From: Wolbachia endosymbiont of Onchocerca ochengi
GTDB lineage: Bacteria; Pseudomonadota; Alphaproteobacteria; Rickettsiales; Anaplasmataceae
Assembly: GCF_000306885.1 (NCBI RefSeq)
Contig: NC_018267.1
Span: forward strand, 150,001 to 182,000
Direction: 5' to 3'
DNA length: 32,000 bases
Below, piece after piece: positions 12,658-22,996 of the stretch. Position numbers and translations under genes: made by a program. Under the pieces are notes generated by a model. That model saw only the letters and a list, made by a program, of their open reading frames with translations, made no database searches and was not told where the DNA came from. Every line of letters begins with the position of its first letter. Position 1 is the stretch's first letter.

Positions 12658-12945
12658 ATGATAGGGTCTACTTTTATATTTTTAGGTATATGTTTAGTAA
12701 TTATCTCAACTATAGGGATAATTAGATTCCCAAGTTTTTACACTAGATTACATGCAGCAGGCATTACAGATTCTAGTGGCGCAATGTTATTGTTAATTGG
12801 TTTTGCTCTGCAAAATAAACTTTCAATTAACACTGTCAAAATCACATTATTGATTCTTATACTATGGGTAGCCAATTCAACTAATAGTTATATTCTAGCG
12901 CATACTTACTATAGAAGTAAGGAAAAAACTATTAAAAAAGATTAA
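12658..12945 (+). CDS. mnhG: Mrp/Mnh antiporter subunit G
   Basis: IGIIRFPSFYTRLHAAGITDSSGAMLLLIGFAL: signature of the MrpG/PhaG family. Confidence 0.9.
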   Translation: MIGSTFIFLGICLVIISTIGIIRFPSFYTRLHAAGITDSSGAMLLLIGFALQNKLSINTVKITLLILILWVANSTNSYILAHTYYRSKEKTIKKD

Positions 12946-12946
12946 A

Positions 12947-13468
12947 ATGTTAGAAATACTAAATATAACATTACTTTTACTGTTACTTATGGTTACAGTT
13001 TTTATAGTCCTTTCAAAACACTTAATTATGAGTGGTATTCTAATGTGCGCATTCAGCTCACTTATTGCACTTATGTACCTAATTATGAATGCACCCGATG
13101 TTGCAATTACTGAAGCTTCAGTTGGTGCAGGACTTAGTACAGTTTTTACGTTTGCCGCACTTTCTTTAATAAAGAACCATAAAACAAATCTATCTCACAG
13201 CCCTATAATGCTTTTTTTTATGTCATTTTTAGCTATATGTTTATCATACTTTATGACTCAACTACCAGATTTCGGCAGCCATGATGCTCCAATCCACCTG
13301 CATGTTGCTCCTTATTATATAGAAAATACTGAAAAAATTACTGGTGTTCCTAACATAGTAACGGCCATTTTAGCAAGCCTCCGTGGCTATGATACATTTG
13401 GCGAAACTATAGTAGTTTTTACCGCAGCACTCTGTATAATACTGACACTAAAAGAAGAAAAAGAATAA
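12947..13468 (+). CDS. Mrp/Mnh-type subunit corresponding to MrpA C-terminal region (DUF4040 plus MbhE-like segment)
   Basis: LMYLIMNAPDVAITEASVGAGLSTVFTFAALSLI (DUF4040 signature) followed by NIVTAILASLRGYDTFGETIVVFTAALCIILTL. Confidence 0.85.
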   Translation: MLEILNITLLLLLLMVTVFIVLSKHLIMSGILMCAFSSLIALMYLIMNAPDVAITEASVGAGLSTVFTFAALSLIKNHKTNLSHSPIMLFFMSFLAICLSYFMTQLPDFGSHDAPIHLHVAPYYIENTEKITGVPNIVTAILASLRGYDTFGETIVVFTAALCIILTLKEEKE

Positions 13469-13470
13469 GA

Positions 13471-13887
13471 ATGGTTAAAGATCCTGTGTTAAATACAATA
13501 TCATTTTTGATGATACCCTTTATTATTCTATTCGCTCTATATATACAATTTCACGGTGACTACACTCCAGGTGGAGGTTTTCAAGCAGGAATAATTATCG
13601 CTTCTGGAATAATACTGTATTCAATGATATTTAGTATATCCACAACTTTAAAAGCGATACCCTATTCTGTGATTAAATTTACTAATATATTAGGTATTTT
13701 AATTTATGGAGGAACAGGCATTGCAACAGTTTTACTTGGCCAAAGTTTTTTATCTTACGATATACTGTTAGCTAACAATGTTACTGGTCAAAAATTAGGT
13801 ATTTTCTTGGCGGAACTAGGTATAGCACTTACTGTCTGTTCCTCCATGCTTATTATATACATAAGCTTTACCCGTAAAAAAAAATAA
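13471..13887 (+). CDS. mnhB: Mrp/Mnh antiporter subunit B
   Basis: YIQFHGDYTPGGGFQAGIIIASGIILYSM and ILIYGGTGIATVLLGQSFL: MnhB family core. Confidence 0.92.
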   Translation: MVKDPVLNTISFLMIPFIILFALYIQFHGDYTPGGGFQAGIIIASGIILYSMIFSISTTLKAIPYSVIKFTNILGILIYGGTGIATVLLGQSFLSYDILLANNVTGQKLGIFLAELGIALTVCSSMLIIYISFTRKKK

Positions 13888-14213
13888 TGACTTTATATAA
13901 CTATACAATTATTATTATATTAATGATGCTGGGTTTATACATTATCATAAATGACAAAAATTTAATCAAGAAAATGATAGGAATAAATGTTTTTCAAGCA
14001 TCCGTTTTGTTATTTTATATATCTTTAGGATATATAAAAAACTCCTTACCCCCTATACTGGTACCAAGTCTTCATTTATATAGTAATCCTATACCGCAAG
14101 TTCTAATGCTTACTGCCATAGTAGTTGGAATTGCAACATTTTCAGTTGGGTTATCTATAGCAGTAAAAATAGAAGAAAAATATGGAAAAATTGACCAAGA
14201 TAAATATATGTGA
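13887..14213 (+). CDS. mnhC: Mrp/Mnh antiporter subunit C (NuoK-like)
   Basis: GLYIIINDKNLIKKMIGINVFQASVLLFYISLGY...NPIPQVLMLTAIVVGIATFSVGLSIAVKI; start overlaps the previous stop by 1 nt. Confidence 0.92.
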   Translation: MTLYNYTIIIILMMLGLYIIINDKNLIKKMIGINVFQASVLLFYISLGYIKNSLPPILVPSLHLYSNPIPQVLMLTAIVVGIATFSVGLSIAVKIEEKYGKIDQDKYM

Positions 14214-14332
14214 ATTAATAGTATCTTAAACTATACGAAGTAATAAGTAGCCAGAAGCTAAACCATAGGCTTTCATTCATTGTAGGTCTATTTACTAGCA
14301 TAGTAAATAAAGTTTAGATTACAAAGGTAATA

Positions 14333-16270
14333 ATGTCAGCTATTAATAACGAAGAAGATAAGAAAAAAATCATCAGAGATCTCGTAACCAAAAGTATAAG
14401 AAAGGGTGGTTTTATCACTTTTGATGATATAAATGAAAAATTATCAGACGAAAATTTTTCATCTGATTTTATAGATGATACCGTATCCCTATTGCAAGAC
14501 TCCGGAATTAACATACTTGAAAGTAGCGAAGATGAAGAGGATGCTCCCTCCAATAATAATGACAGCAAACTAGATGACGACGATACATTATCAAACGCTG
14601 CTACAACTTTAATACAAAATGACGATCCAGTAAGAGTTTATCTACAAGATATGAGCTCTGTGAAACTCTTATCAAGAACAGATGAAATCACAATAGCAAA
14701 AAAAATTGAATCTGAAAAGCACAATATGCTACGTGCAATAATTGAAACATCAGCAACATTAAAAATGATAAAAGCATGGCGTGATGATTTGAGCAGCGGA
14801 TCTCTCTCACTGAGAGAAATCATAGACCTAGATGCAATTTATAATTCCGATTTTAATGCAATGCCTAAAGAAGATGTTAAAGAAAATATTGAAGATATTG
14901 ATGGTTCTGAAGATGCTGAAAATGATAAACACTGCGAAGATTATAAAACGGATAACAAAAAAAACAACGACGAGCAAGAAAGCGGTAACGAAGATATAAG
15001 TTCAACAAACTTAAATGTTTCTATCCTCGAAATGGAAAATGATTTATTACCTAAGATAATGGTTGCACTAGATGAGATAATTACTTTAGCAAATAAAGCA
15101 CTAACATTAAAAAAAAATTCTTCTAGTGAATTAACATATAAAGATTTATATAATCAAATATGGTCCACCGCGCTACAAATTAAATTAAGCGACACCGCTA
15201 CTGCTAAAATCACACAAAAACTTTATAATATAAATAGATCTATTATGCTTGAAGAAGCCAATCTTATTTCTGAAGCTAAAAAATACGAGATCGATAGAGA
15301 AAGTTTCTACAAGGTTTATGACAACGTACTATTAAAGTATGAGTCAAAAAATATAGATCTTTTAAAAATTAATAAAAATCTATCTTTTCTCAAAGATGAA
15401 GTAAAAAACAAATTCGCAAAGTTTATAAATGACAATTTTGAATACATAACTAATACTTTAAATAATATAAAGCAGTATGTACAAGAAGATAATGTACAAG
15501 AATTTAAGGAATTAATCAAAAAAATACAAAAACATGAACGAGAAATCTCTGAAGCAAAACAGGAGATGATCAAAGCTAATTTAAGGCTAGTAGTTTCTAT
15601 CGCTAAAAAATATTCAAACAGAGGTCTTGCTTTACTTGATTTAATACAAGAAGGCAATATCGGTCTCATGAAGGCTGTGGATAAATTTGATTACAAACGT
15701 GGATACAAATTTTCAACTTATGGAACTTGGTGGGTAAGGCAATCAATCACTAGAGCAATACCAGAACAGTCCAAAGTGGTTAAAATACCGGTTCACATGG
15801 TAGAAATTATTAGCAAAATCAATAGAACACTAAGAAAGTTAACTCATGAGATGGAAAGAGAGCCTACATTAGAGGAATTGAGTATAGAACTTGGAATGCC
15901 CTTGGAAAGAATACGTAAAGTTATGAAAATAGCAAGAGATCCGGTAAGTCTTGAGGCTCCAACAGGAAAGGATGACAGTAGCACTTTCGGTGATTGTATA
16001 GAAGATAAGCGAGTTTCAAAACCAGAAGATGCTGCAATACTTGCTGATTTACGAGGCATTACAACTAATGTTCTTGCAACTTTAACGCCAAAAGAAGAGA
16101 GAATTCTAAGAATGCGTTTTGGCCTTGGTAAAGACGGAAAGGAACACACATTAGAGGAAGTAGGAAGAATCTTCAACGTAACACGTGAGAGAATTAGGCA
16201 AATAGAAGCAAAAGCTCTGCGCAAATTAAAACATCCAAGTCGCGCTAGAAAACTTAGAGGATTCTTTTAA
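14333..16270 (+). CDS. rpoD: RNA polymerase primary sigma factor (sigma-70)
   Basis: [63 protein letters not shown], and region 4 [46 protein letters not shown]. Confidence 0.99.
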   Translation: MSAINNEEDKKKIIRDLVTKSIRKGGFITFDDINEKLSDENFSSDFIDDTVSLLQDSGINILESSEDEEDAPSNNNDSKLDDDDTLSNAATTLIQNDDPVRVYLQDMSSVKLLSRTDEITIAKKIESEKHNMLRAIIETSATLKMIKAWRDDLSSGSLSLREIIDLDAIYNSDFNAMPKEDVKENIEDIDGSEDAENDKHCEDYKTDNKKNNDEQESGNEDISSTNLNVSILEMENDLLPKIMVALDEIITLANKALTLKKNSSSELTYKDLYNQIWSTALQIKLSDTATAKITQKLYNINRSIMLEEANLISEAKKYEIDRESFYKVYDNVLLKYESKNIDLLKINKNLSFLKDEVKNKFAKFINDNFEYITNTLNNIKQYVQEDNVQEFKELIKKIQKHEREISEAKQEMIKANLRLVVSIAKKYSNRGLALLDLIQEGNIGLMKAVDKFDYKRGYKFSTYGTWWVRQSITRAIPEQSKVVKIPVHMVEIISKINRTLRKLTHEMEREPTLEELSIELGMPLERIRKVMKIARDPVSLEAPTGKDDSSTFGDCIEDKRVSKPEDAAILADLRGITTNVLATLTPKEERILRMRFGLGKDGKEHTLEEVGRIFNVTRERIRQIEAKALRKLKHPSRARKLRGFF

Positions 16271-16911
16271 AGGAATATTTAACTACTATAATTACAATCA
16301 AATATAGGATATGCTGCTTCCTTATCAAGCAATAGCAACACTTGACAAATTTAATACTATAAGTACATGTAAGAACTAGTCAATACAAAGAAAGAAAGCA
16401 AAAACAAGGTTAGTATTGCTGTCACTTGGAAAAAAAGAAGGTATAATACCGTATATTGGACGCTAATCTTTCTGTAGGTGTATACTATTTAATTCTTTAA
16501 TAAGATTATTTATATCATCTACTAATTCCTAGAACTTGGTGATAATGTTTATGCTTATTTAAGATGATATGAAGGAAACAAAATTGAAAACCAAATTTTC
16601 CACATAAAAAAGAATGCTATCCGTTACCTGTAAGTACGAGCTTAATAAGAGTTAAAAAGTAAACATTTGCCAGATGCTTACAAAATGTCACTAAGGTACA
16701 ATAAAAAGAAAGGAAAAGAAACTTCCAAATAAAAAATAGGCAAGATAAAGGATTTTTCTAATTCACTAGAGTTTTTTAGGCAACCTTTCACATCTGACTA
16801 GAGAAAACATACAAGCATTAAACCGATAATATATACAATTTCACTGCAGTAATATCAACTATGGATTAGATTTTAGATAAGCTATTGAAAATCCTAACTT
16901 TCTTGATTAAA

Positions 16912-17036
16912 TCTAATCAAATTTAAAAACAGTAGTTTATTAAATGTTTCATACTACTAAGCTAGTAATACTCTTAAATTTTACTGAATTGACAAATATA
17001 GCTTTAAAACACCTACTGCTCAAGTAGACAGTATAC
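16912..17036 (+). repeat. Copy B of the same diverged repeat (downstream of rpoD)
   Basis: tctaatcaaatttaaaaacagtagtttattaaatg...taatactcttaaattttactgaattgacaaatatagctttaaaacacctactgct...gtatac, colinear with copy A. Confidence 0.7.
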
Positions 17037-17659
17037 TTTTTTTAACTTAAGCTTACTGCTAAAATAGCTTATAAAAAACTTCTTAGTTTACTAGATAAAC
17101 TCTCTATAAATAAATCAGGTTTAGCACAAATCTACTCCACCGTTTCTTGAAAGACAAAGAGAAATCCACCCAATCTTTATTATATAAGACAGTTTATACA
17201 GACTTCTTCGTTAGCATACAGTATAAGCATCATCATATATAAAATAGTGTATAATGAGATACTTAATATAAGACTAAGCAAAATACTGAGAGGTGATAAT
17301 CATTTTGTATTTTACTGCATTTTTATCTTTTCCTCAGTAATTTCCCCAATTACTTTTAATTGTGCTATGGGGGAATGTAATGCACTCCAGTTTATACGTA
17401 TAAGATACAATTTAAGGTAATTACTGTTGTATTCAGTACTTTATACCATATTCTACAATACAAAAACAACACCTTAAAAGGTATAAGAAATAGTTCTATT
17501 TTATAATATAAAACCAAAAGATAAACTTAATGCTTCTAATTTCTCTTGTGTCTCTTTACATTGAAAAAATTTTCCTCCTGTTTCCTTAATATCAATTCTC
17601 ACATACTAATTTAATAGTAACTGAATATCAAGGATATTTAATTTTAATGGCTAGCTAAG

Positions 17660-20209
17660 TCAACTACCTCCTTCACCAATTACAGTATTAAATATTAGAT
17701 CTTCATCAAAACTCATTTTAGGACGCCAAATAGGACCATCCAAATGCACATCAACATAAATTGGACTACTACGACCTGGTAATATGAAGAAGAACCTCGA
17801 TAAAGAAATTAAAGCAAAGTTAGGTAAGGTTAAGTTAGAAGAGACAGATCCTGATGCTTGATCAATTTCAAATTGTAGACTAGTTGAACATACACCATTT
17901 CTAATGCTTGCTTTTCCGCTAACATTTTTAAAAACCGTACTACCATTATATATACCAACATGAGTAAGTGTGGAAATCCCAGATTTATTTTTACTGCTAA
18001 ATAAATCAGTGATGAAAGAATTAAAGTCCACATTAGCAAATTCTATTTCCTGTGCTTGCAAATTAACCTCTCCTGACAAAGTATTAGCCCAATTGTGAAA
18101 GCTTTTTCCTTGAGCTTTAATCTCACCATCTAAGTTTAGTTTACCACTTAAATTATCAATTCCAATAACCTGAGCAACCCTTTTAATATCTAAACCTACA
18201 ACAAAAAATTTTATATACATTAAGTTTAATCTTAAATAACCCTGAAAAGACACTTGTCCATATTTCAATGCATAACTTACTTTTTTAACAGTTATAGTAT
18301 TATTTATCACTACCGCATCCAAATTAAAGTCCTTCAAAACATCCTGTCCAGTATTAAGCTTTGTAACACTAATCTGCACATTTGCATCAAAATCTTCTTT
18401 GCCATTTAAGAAATTAAACTGTTTCCTTGACCATTGAACCTGATCTATCTTATTTCTCGAATCTTTTCTCACTTCTATTAAATTCGGTAATTTTAAAATA
18501 CCAGCATTAAATTTATCGCCAGTTATGCTTACATCTAACAAAGGTTTAATATATTTTTGATCCGCTAATATTTTTATATTACCAGTAACATTGAAATCTT
18601 CTCCAGATAACTTTATTTTACCTGTAACAAGCCTGCCCTTTTCTATCTTCAGTAAGAAACCTAAACCTTCAATTTTTGTACCGTTCAACGTGAAACCATT
18701 AACATTGATTTTTATATTTGCATCATACTTCAGATCTTTTAACCATTGCACTTTTGATAAACCATCCAGTAATGAATAATTATATTTATCTAAGTTGAGA
18801 TCGTGTACACTGAATCTACCACTAATTACATTATGCTTTTTTGTGTAGTTTACCTTAACTGACCCTCGCCAAAATTCTTTATCATTCAGCAACTTAATAT
18901 CTGAAATAGACAATATCCTGGGCGCAAAGTGTAACCTCGAACTCATTGTAAATTGATTTCTCTTGTTTTCTCTAATCTTTATAAAAGGAAAAAAACATGA
19001 AATGAACGACTCAAAATCATCTCCTTTTAGCAATAAATCACCATCAAACTCAGACAAGATAAGATTGTTTGAAACTTTCCCTGATAAACGAGCTACATTA
19101 TTAGCTCCAGGAAGCCGAAGAAGCGTATCAACTTTTATTTTGCCATCAGCAAATTTTAGCATAGTATGAAATTTATCCAATATTCTGTTTTGGTATTGAA
19201 TACTTGAAGCTTCTACATTGAAATCTAAATTCAAGTTCTTTGGTACAACCTCTCTTAAACATTCTAGAAGACCCTTCATACTTATTACTTTTCGTGAGCT
19301 GTTTTGTATAGAGTCTAAATCAACTTTACTAAAAGTAATATCAATATTAGTATAATTATTTTTTTTATCGTTTCGTACTGTACCACTAGCCTGTATGTTT
19401 TTAGAATTAATTTTTAAATCATTTAACGTGAACTCACTTTCATTAAGGTTAATATTAGATGACATCTCAACATTTTCACTAGGAACAACATAAGCAAGAA
19501 AGCCAAGACCGATAATTTTTGCTAAATCACTCATAAAATTAGAACCATTATCAATTGACAGCATCAATTTGCCTCGGAGGCCTTCTCGGTTTTTATCACC
19601 TGCAAACAGCAAATTTATAAAACTTGATTTGATATTAATATGTACATTCTTTTTTGTAATATCAGCCTTCCCCGAAAAATCATAATTATTATCATCTACC
19701 TTTGCTTTACCATAGAAATGTCCGTTCTTTTTAATAGCAATCTCTTTTATATTAACAATACTTCTATAATCAGCAAAGTCATTGTTTAAATCTATTTGGC
19801 TATCTTTCATTATTACATCAACCTTACCAGGTCTTTTATTTACGATACTAATAAAATCTTCTTTACTACCTTTTACACCAAACAATGTGACCAATTTCGG
19901 TTGTAACGAAAATAAAAATAATGATAGAAAAGATGGCCTTATTTCAATCCTATTTATGCTAACCGAATCTGACAATTTTTGTTTTTTATCGTTGTTATAC
20001 TGCACATACACGTTATAAATAGTGAGCTTCGGAGTAATTAGTGAAACTTCAATTTTTCCTCCAATATGGATTCTAGCATTAAATGTGTCTTCTAATTTTT
20101 GTACAATAAGTTCTTCATAGCTATTCCAATCTTTAAAAGATATAGCAACCTTCAGAAGGATCAATATTAAAGAAATTGATAATATTATGTATATAAGAAG
20201 TCTTCTCAT
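17660..20209 (-). CDS. AsmA-family (AsmA-like C-terminal domain) envelope protein, 849 aa
   Basis: N-terminal TM then DW.sYEeLIvqKLEdtFNARIHIGGKIEVSLITPKLTI; long beta-rich body; C-terminal NLSGKLNLDGEIKAQGKSFHNWANTLSGEVNLQAQE...DGPIWRPKMSFDE typical of AsmA. Confidence 0.88.
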   Translation of the reverse strand: MRRLLIYIILSISLILILLKVAISFKDWNSYEELIVQKLEDTFNARIHIGGKIEVSLITPKLTIYNVYVQYNNDKKQKLSDSVSINRIEIRPSFLSLFLFSLQPKLVTLFGVKGSKEDFISIVNKRPGKVDVIMKDSQIDLNNDFADYRSIVNIKEIAIKKNGHFYGKAKVDDNNYDFSGKADITKKNVHINIKSSFINLLFAGDKNREGLRGKLMLSIDNGSNFMSDLAKIIGLGFLAYVVPSENVEMSSNINLNESEFTLNDLKINSKNIQASGTVRNDKKNNYTNIDITFSKVDLDSIQNSSRKVISMKGLLECLREVVPKNLNLDFNVEASSIQYQNRILDKFHTMLKFADGKIKVDTLLRLPGANNVARLSGKVSNNLILSEFDGDLLLKGDDFESFISCFFPFIKIRENKRNQFTMSSRLHFAPRILSISDIKLLNDKEFWRGSVKVNYTKKHNVISGRFSVHDLNLDKYNYSLLDGLSKVQWLKDLKYDANIKINVNGFTLNGTKIEGLGFLLKIEKGRLVTGKIKLSGEDFNVTGNIKILADQKYIKPLLDVSITGDKFNAGILKLPNLIEVRKDSRNKIDQVQWSRKQFNFLNGKEDFDANVQISVTKLNTGQDVLKDFNLDAVVINNTITVKKVSYALKYGQVSFQGYLRLNLMYIKFFVVGLDIKRVAQVIGIDNLSGKLNLDGEIKAQGKSFHNWANTLSGEVNLQAQEIEFANVDFNSFITDLFSSKNKSGISTLTHVGIYNGSTVFKNVSGKASIRNGVCSTSLQFEIDQASGSVSSNLTLPNFALISLSRFFFILPGRSSPIYVDVHLDGPIWRPKMSFDEDLIFNTVIGEGGS

Positions 20210-20221
20210 AATTTCATATGC

Positions 20222-21274
20222 TTATATATTACCCATGAACATTAGAGTACCAAAATAAATAACAACACCTAAAGGTACTAAAACTGTCAAATGAATAATG
20301 CAAGCAAATACTCTATCAAAAGAGATAATCCTGCCAATAAGAAGCTAAGAATGTAAAGAGCTATCGACATAACTAAAGTTGCAACAATAACTCTTACAAC
20401 ATTTAATAATAGTACCTGGTTAATCTTATACATTTTACTTATCGTTAAATAATGAGAATTAATAAAATAGAATTTACCCAAGTGAAAATAAAAGTAACAA
20501 TAGCAATCCCTCTATTATAGGACATTGCATTTAGTATAAGACTTACAATAATTGTATCAACCCATAGACTTATCTAAATTACACAGTTGTTGATAGTTGC
20601 TAGTATTATATGCTTGAAAAACTACTTTACTGCATTACTCAACTTTACACTAAAAAAAGGTAGCCTTTGACTTATATGCGCCAAACACCATTAACAATAG
20701 TCACAGAATTCCTCTAATTAAAACAAAACTGCTATAGAAAGATTGTGAACCAATGTTTTTATGTAAGGCACAAATAAACTGATAATTAGGCAATGATTTA
20801 AAATCACAGATGCAATAGCTATCGAAGCAAAGTATTGTTTTATTTACAACATTCTCCCAATAAATAACGCAACTAAAATGAAAATTATTAAAGAATCATA
20901 ATTCTTGACAGAGTCACAGTAAAGGTAAGCTTACTTTAATTAAATTCAGAAAGTAAATATTTGAACCATATAAGAAAGTTTGCATGGTAAGGCAAAAAAT
21001 TACCAAAATAATAAACGTAAGAGGTATTATACTACTTACAAAATTAAATGCCTTTTTATTATCACATGATTCTGTTGAATATAATGTAGTACAAAAAAGG
21101 TAGCAAACGCTCCTTCTGCAAAAAATGCTCGAAATAGATTAGTAAAATGAAACGAAGAAAAAATATATCTGTAAAAGAAGTTGTACTAACAATTTGAGCA
21201 ACCGATACATTCCTTATTAAAGAGACTCTTGAAATAGCTGTAAAAAACCTAAATGTGAGAATATTTTCAAACAT
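20222..21274 (-). pseudogene. murJ: Degraded lipid II flippase MurJ/MviN gene with frameshifts and large internal deletion
   Basis: Minus-strand fragments in MurJ order: NILTFRFFTAISRVSLIRNVSVAQIVSTTSFTDIFF; TNLFRAFFAEGAFATFFVLHYIQQ (shifted frame); NKKAFNFVSSIIPLTFIILVIFCLTMQTF; YFASIAIASVILNHCLIISLFVPYIK; LWVDTIIVSLILNAMSY, then directly GIAIVTFIFTWVNSILL; VVRVIVATLVMSIALYILSFLLAG; HLTVLVPLGVVIYFGTLMFMGNI*. ORFs 21062-21274 and 20287-20481 are pieces of it. Confidence 0.88.
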
Positions 21275-22243
21275 TCCTATTTAGCACTACTTCAGACTGT
21301 ACTCAATGTCAATATAATTGACTGTAATGTCTATCTTAGTAAGACTAGCGATAATGAATTAAATGAAAAGAATAGTGCAAAAATAATAGCCATGATAAGC
21401 ATACTTTACACCATCGTTAAAATCTATATCTATTATTAAATGTAAACTTTAAAAGTTCAGTTAGCACAGACCTGATTCTGACTTTTTGATTAGCCTTTAA
21501 AACAATCAAACAATGGATAAAGACACAGAGAAGCATAAGAAATGCTTCAATGCTGCCGTCTACCTAACCAGGCTTTAGTAAAAATTCAAGTATGTTAAAA
21601 ATAAATGATATAATTAAACATGAAAGCGAAATATCAAAACCGAGAAATAAAAATACCAATAAAAATAAGTATCGGTAACTGAGTAAGAGCAAAACCTATA
21701 ATAAATACCACAAAAGGTGTAACACAGAGAGCTACATAACCAGTATTAGAAGTATTTCACTAAAAAAAATGCCACCTTGGCTTTATGTGAGCAAGAAAAC
21801 GTGAGAAAATTGCCATACAAGCCACAAAAAAACACAAGCCTACACACTATATAATAGTATATAATAACATTAATACAAAAACAGAAGATTATATTACATA
21901 CAAAACGCTAATTTACTTTATATTAAGTTAATGTTAACAGCATTAACAATCATTAAGGACACACAAAAGTGTAAGCTATACCATTCGATTTCAGCTTAAA
22001 TGAGCTACTGGTCCATTAATTATTGGTATTGTCCTTAAAAAAACAAGAAAAATACAAAGCATAAAGTTAAGTACCACATTCATCAATAAACATAAACGCT
22101 GAATTTATTAGAAACTCTAGAATTTTATATAATGAAACTACAATACAGCTCAAAATAAAAGAGTCTACTTAAATAGTCAATTGACTTTTTTTTGCTAATA
22201 TGCTAGAAGCTTTACAATTTTTGCACTTATGTGCTAAAAATTT

Positions 22244-22317
22244 GGCGGGTGTAGCTCAGTTGGTAGAGTGTCAGTTTGTGGTACTGAATGTCGCCAGTTC
22301 GATTCTGGTCACTCGCC
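22244..22317 (+). tRNA. tRNA-His (anticodon GTG)
   Basis: ggcgggtg...cactcgcc 8-bp acceptor with G-1:C73 typical of tRNA-His; anticodon stem tcagt/actga with loop ttGTGgt; T-arm ccagttcgattctgg. Confidence 0.95.
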
Positions 22318-22447
22318 CAGTTAAATTTTCTACTTTATAAAAATAAAAGCATTCGATGTACTTTTATATATCTTTAAAGACCATTTGAAAACTTGATCTA
22401 ATTTACTAGTTAATTTTTAAAGCACATAAAACAACTTTGTAATGCTA

Positions 22448-22996
22448 TTAATTAATTAATCTAATGAAAGCCATGTTATTTCCTCGCAGTACTAAGTGTA
22501 TGTTTTTCGCTATCTTCTCTACTAAAAAGGTAACTTTATTAAAATTTAGAAATTTAGACAATACATAATCTGTTAGACTCCTTTGGTTATCGGGTCTACC
22601 TATTCCAAACCTTAGGCGCCAATAATCATCACTAATAAGATTATCTATAGATTTAAGACCATTATGTCCAGAAGAACTACCACCTTTCTTTATTTTTATT
22701 CTTCCAAGTTCTAAGTCGGCATCATCATGTATAACAATGATATTATCTGATGAAAATTTATAAAAATCCTGTACTCTTGCAACAGGAATACCTGAGTTAT
22801 TCATAAATGAGTAGGGCTTTAGCAACATAACCTTGTTTCCATTAATTATACCAGAGGTTATTAAATAATCATCTTTTTTAGAAAATGGCTGAAGGCTCCA
22901 ACACTTACAAACTGCATCAACAATGAGAAAACCAACATTGTGATAAGTCAGCTTGTATTGACTACCTGGATTACCGAGTCCAACTATTAAATACAC
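22448..22996 (-). CDS. pth: Peptidyl-tRNA hydrolase (GTG start, overlaps rplY stop as TAGTG)
   Basis: YLIVGLGNPGSQYKLTYHNVGF, KPYSFMNNSG, VIHDDADLELGRIKIKKGGSSSGHNGLKSI, FRLGIGRP. Confidence 0.97.
   Translation of the reverse strand: MYLIVGLGNPGSQYKLTYHNVGFLIVDAVCKCWSLQPFSKKDDYLITSGIINGNKVMLLKPYSFMNNSGIPVARVQDFYKFSSDNIIVIHDDADLELGRIKIKKGGSSSGHNGLKSIDNLISDDYWRLRFGIGRPDNQRSLTDYVLSKFLNFNKVTFLVEKIAKNIHLVLRGNNMAFIRLIN

Noticed and set aside
14314-16224. Antisense ORFs within rpoD (14314, 14638, 15316, 15844) and similar shadow ORFs in rpoC, map, mutL, AsmA, pheS, smpB
   Set aside because: They lie opposite strongly supported coding sequences and are expected shadow ORFs.
17290-17430. Small secreted-protein-like frame (FVFYCIFIFSSVISPITFNCAMGECNALQFIRIRYNLR)
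   Set aside because: No start codon with SD in frame and no family match; cannot be supported from sequence alone.
20287-21274. ORFs 20287-20481 and 21062-21274 as small membrane proteins
   Set aside because: They match C- and N-terminal pieces of MurJ with other pieces in shifted frames between them.
21600-21800. TatC remnant (LAHIKPRWHF ... GFALTQLPILI)
   Set aside because: A TatC-like GFxFQLPxLL echo exists, but the following residues do not continue as TatC; kept only as an unidentified hydrophobic remnant.
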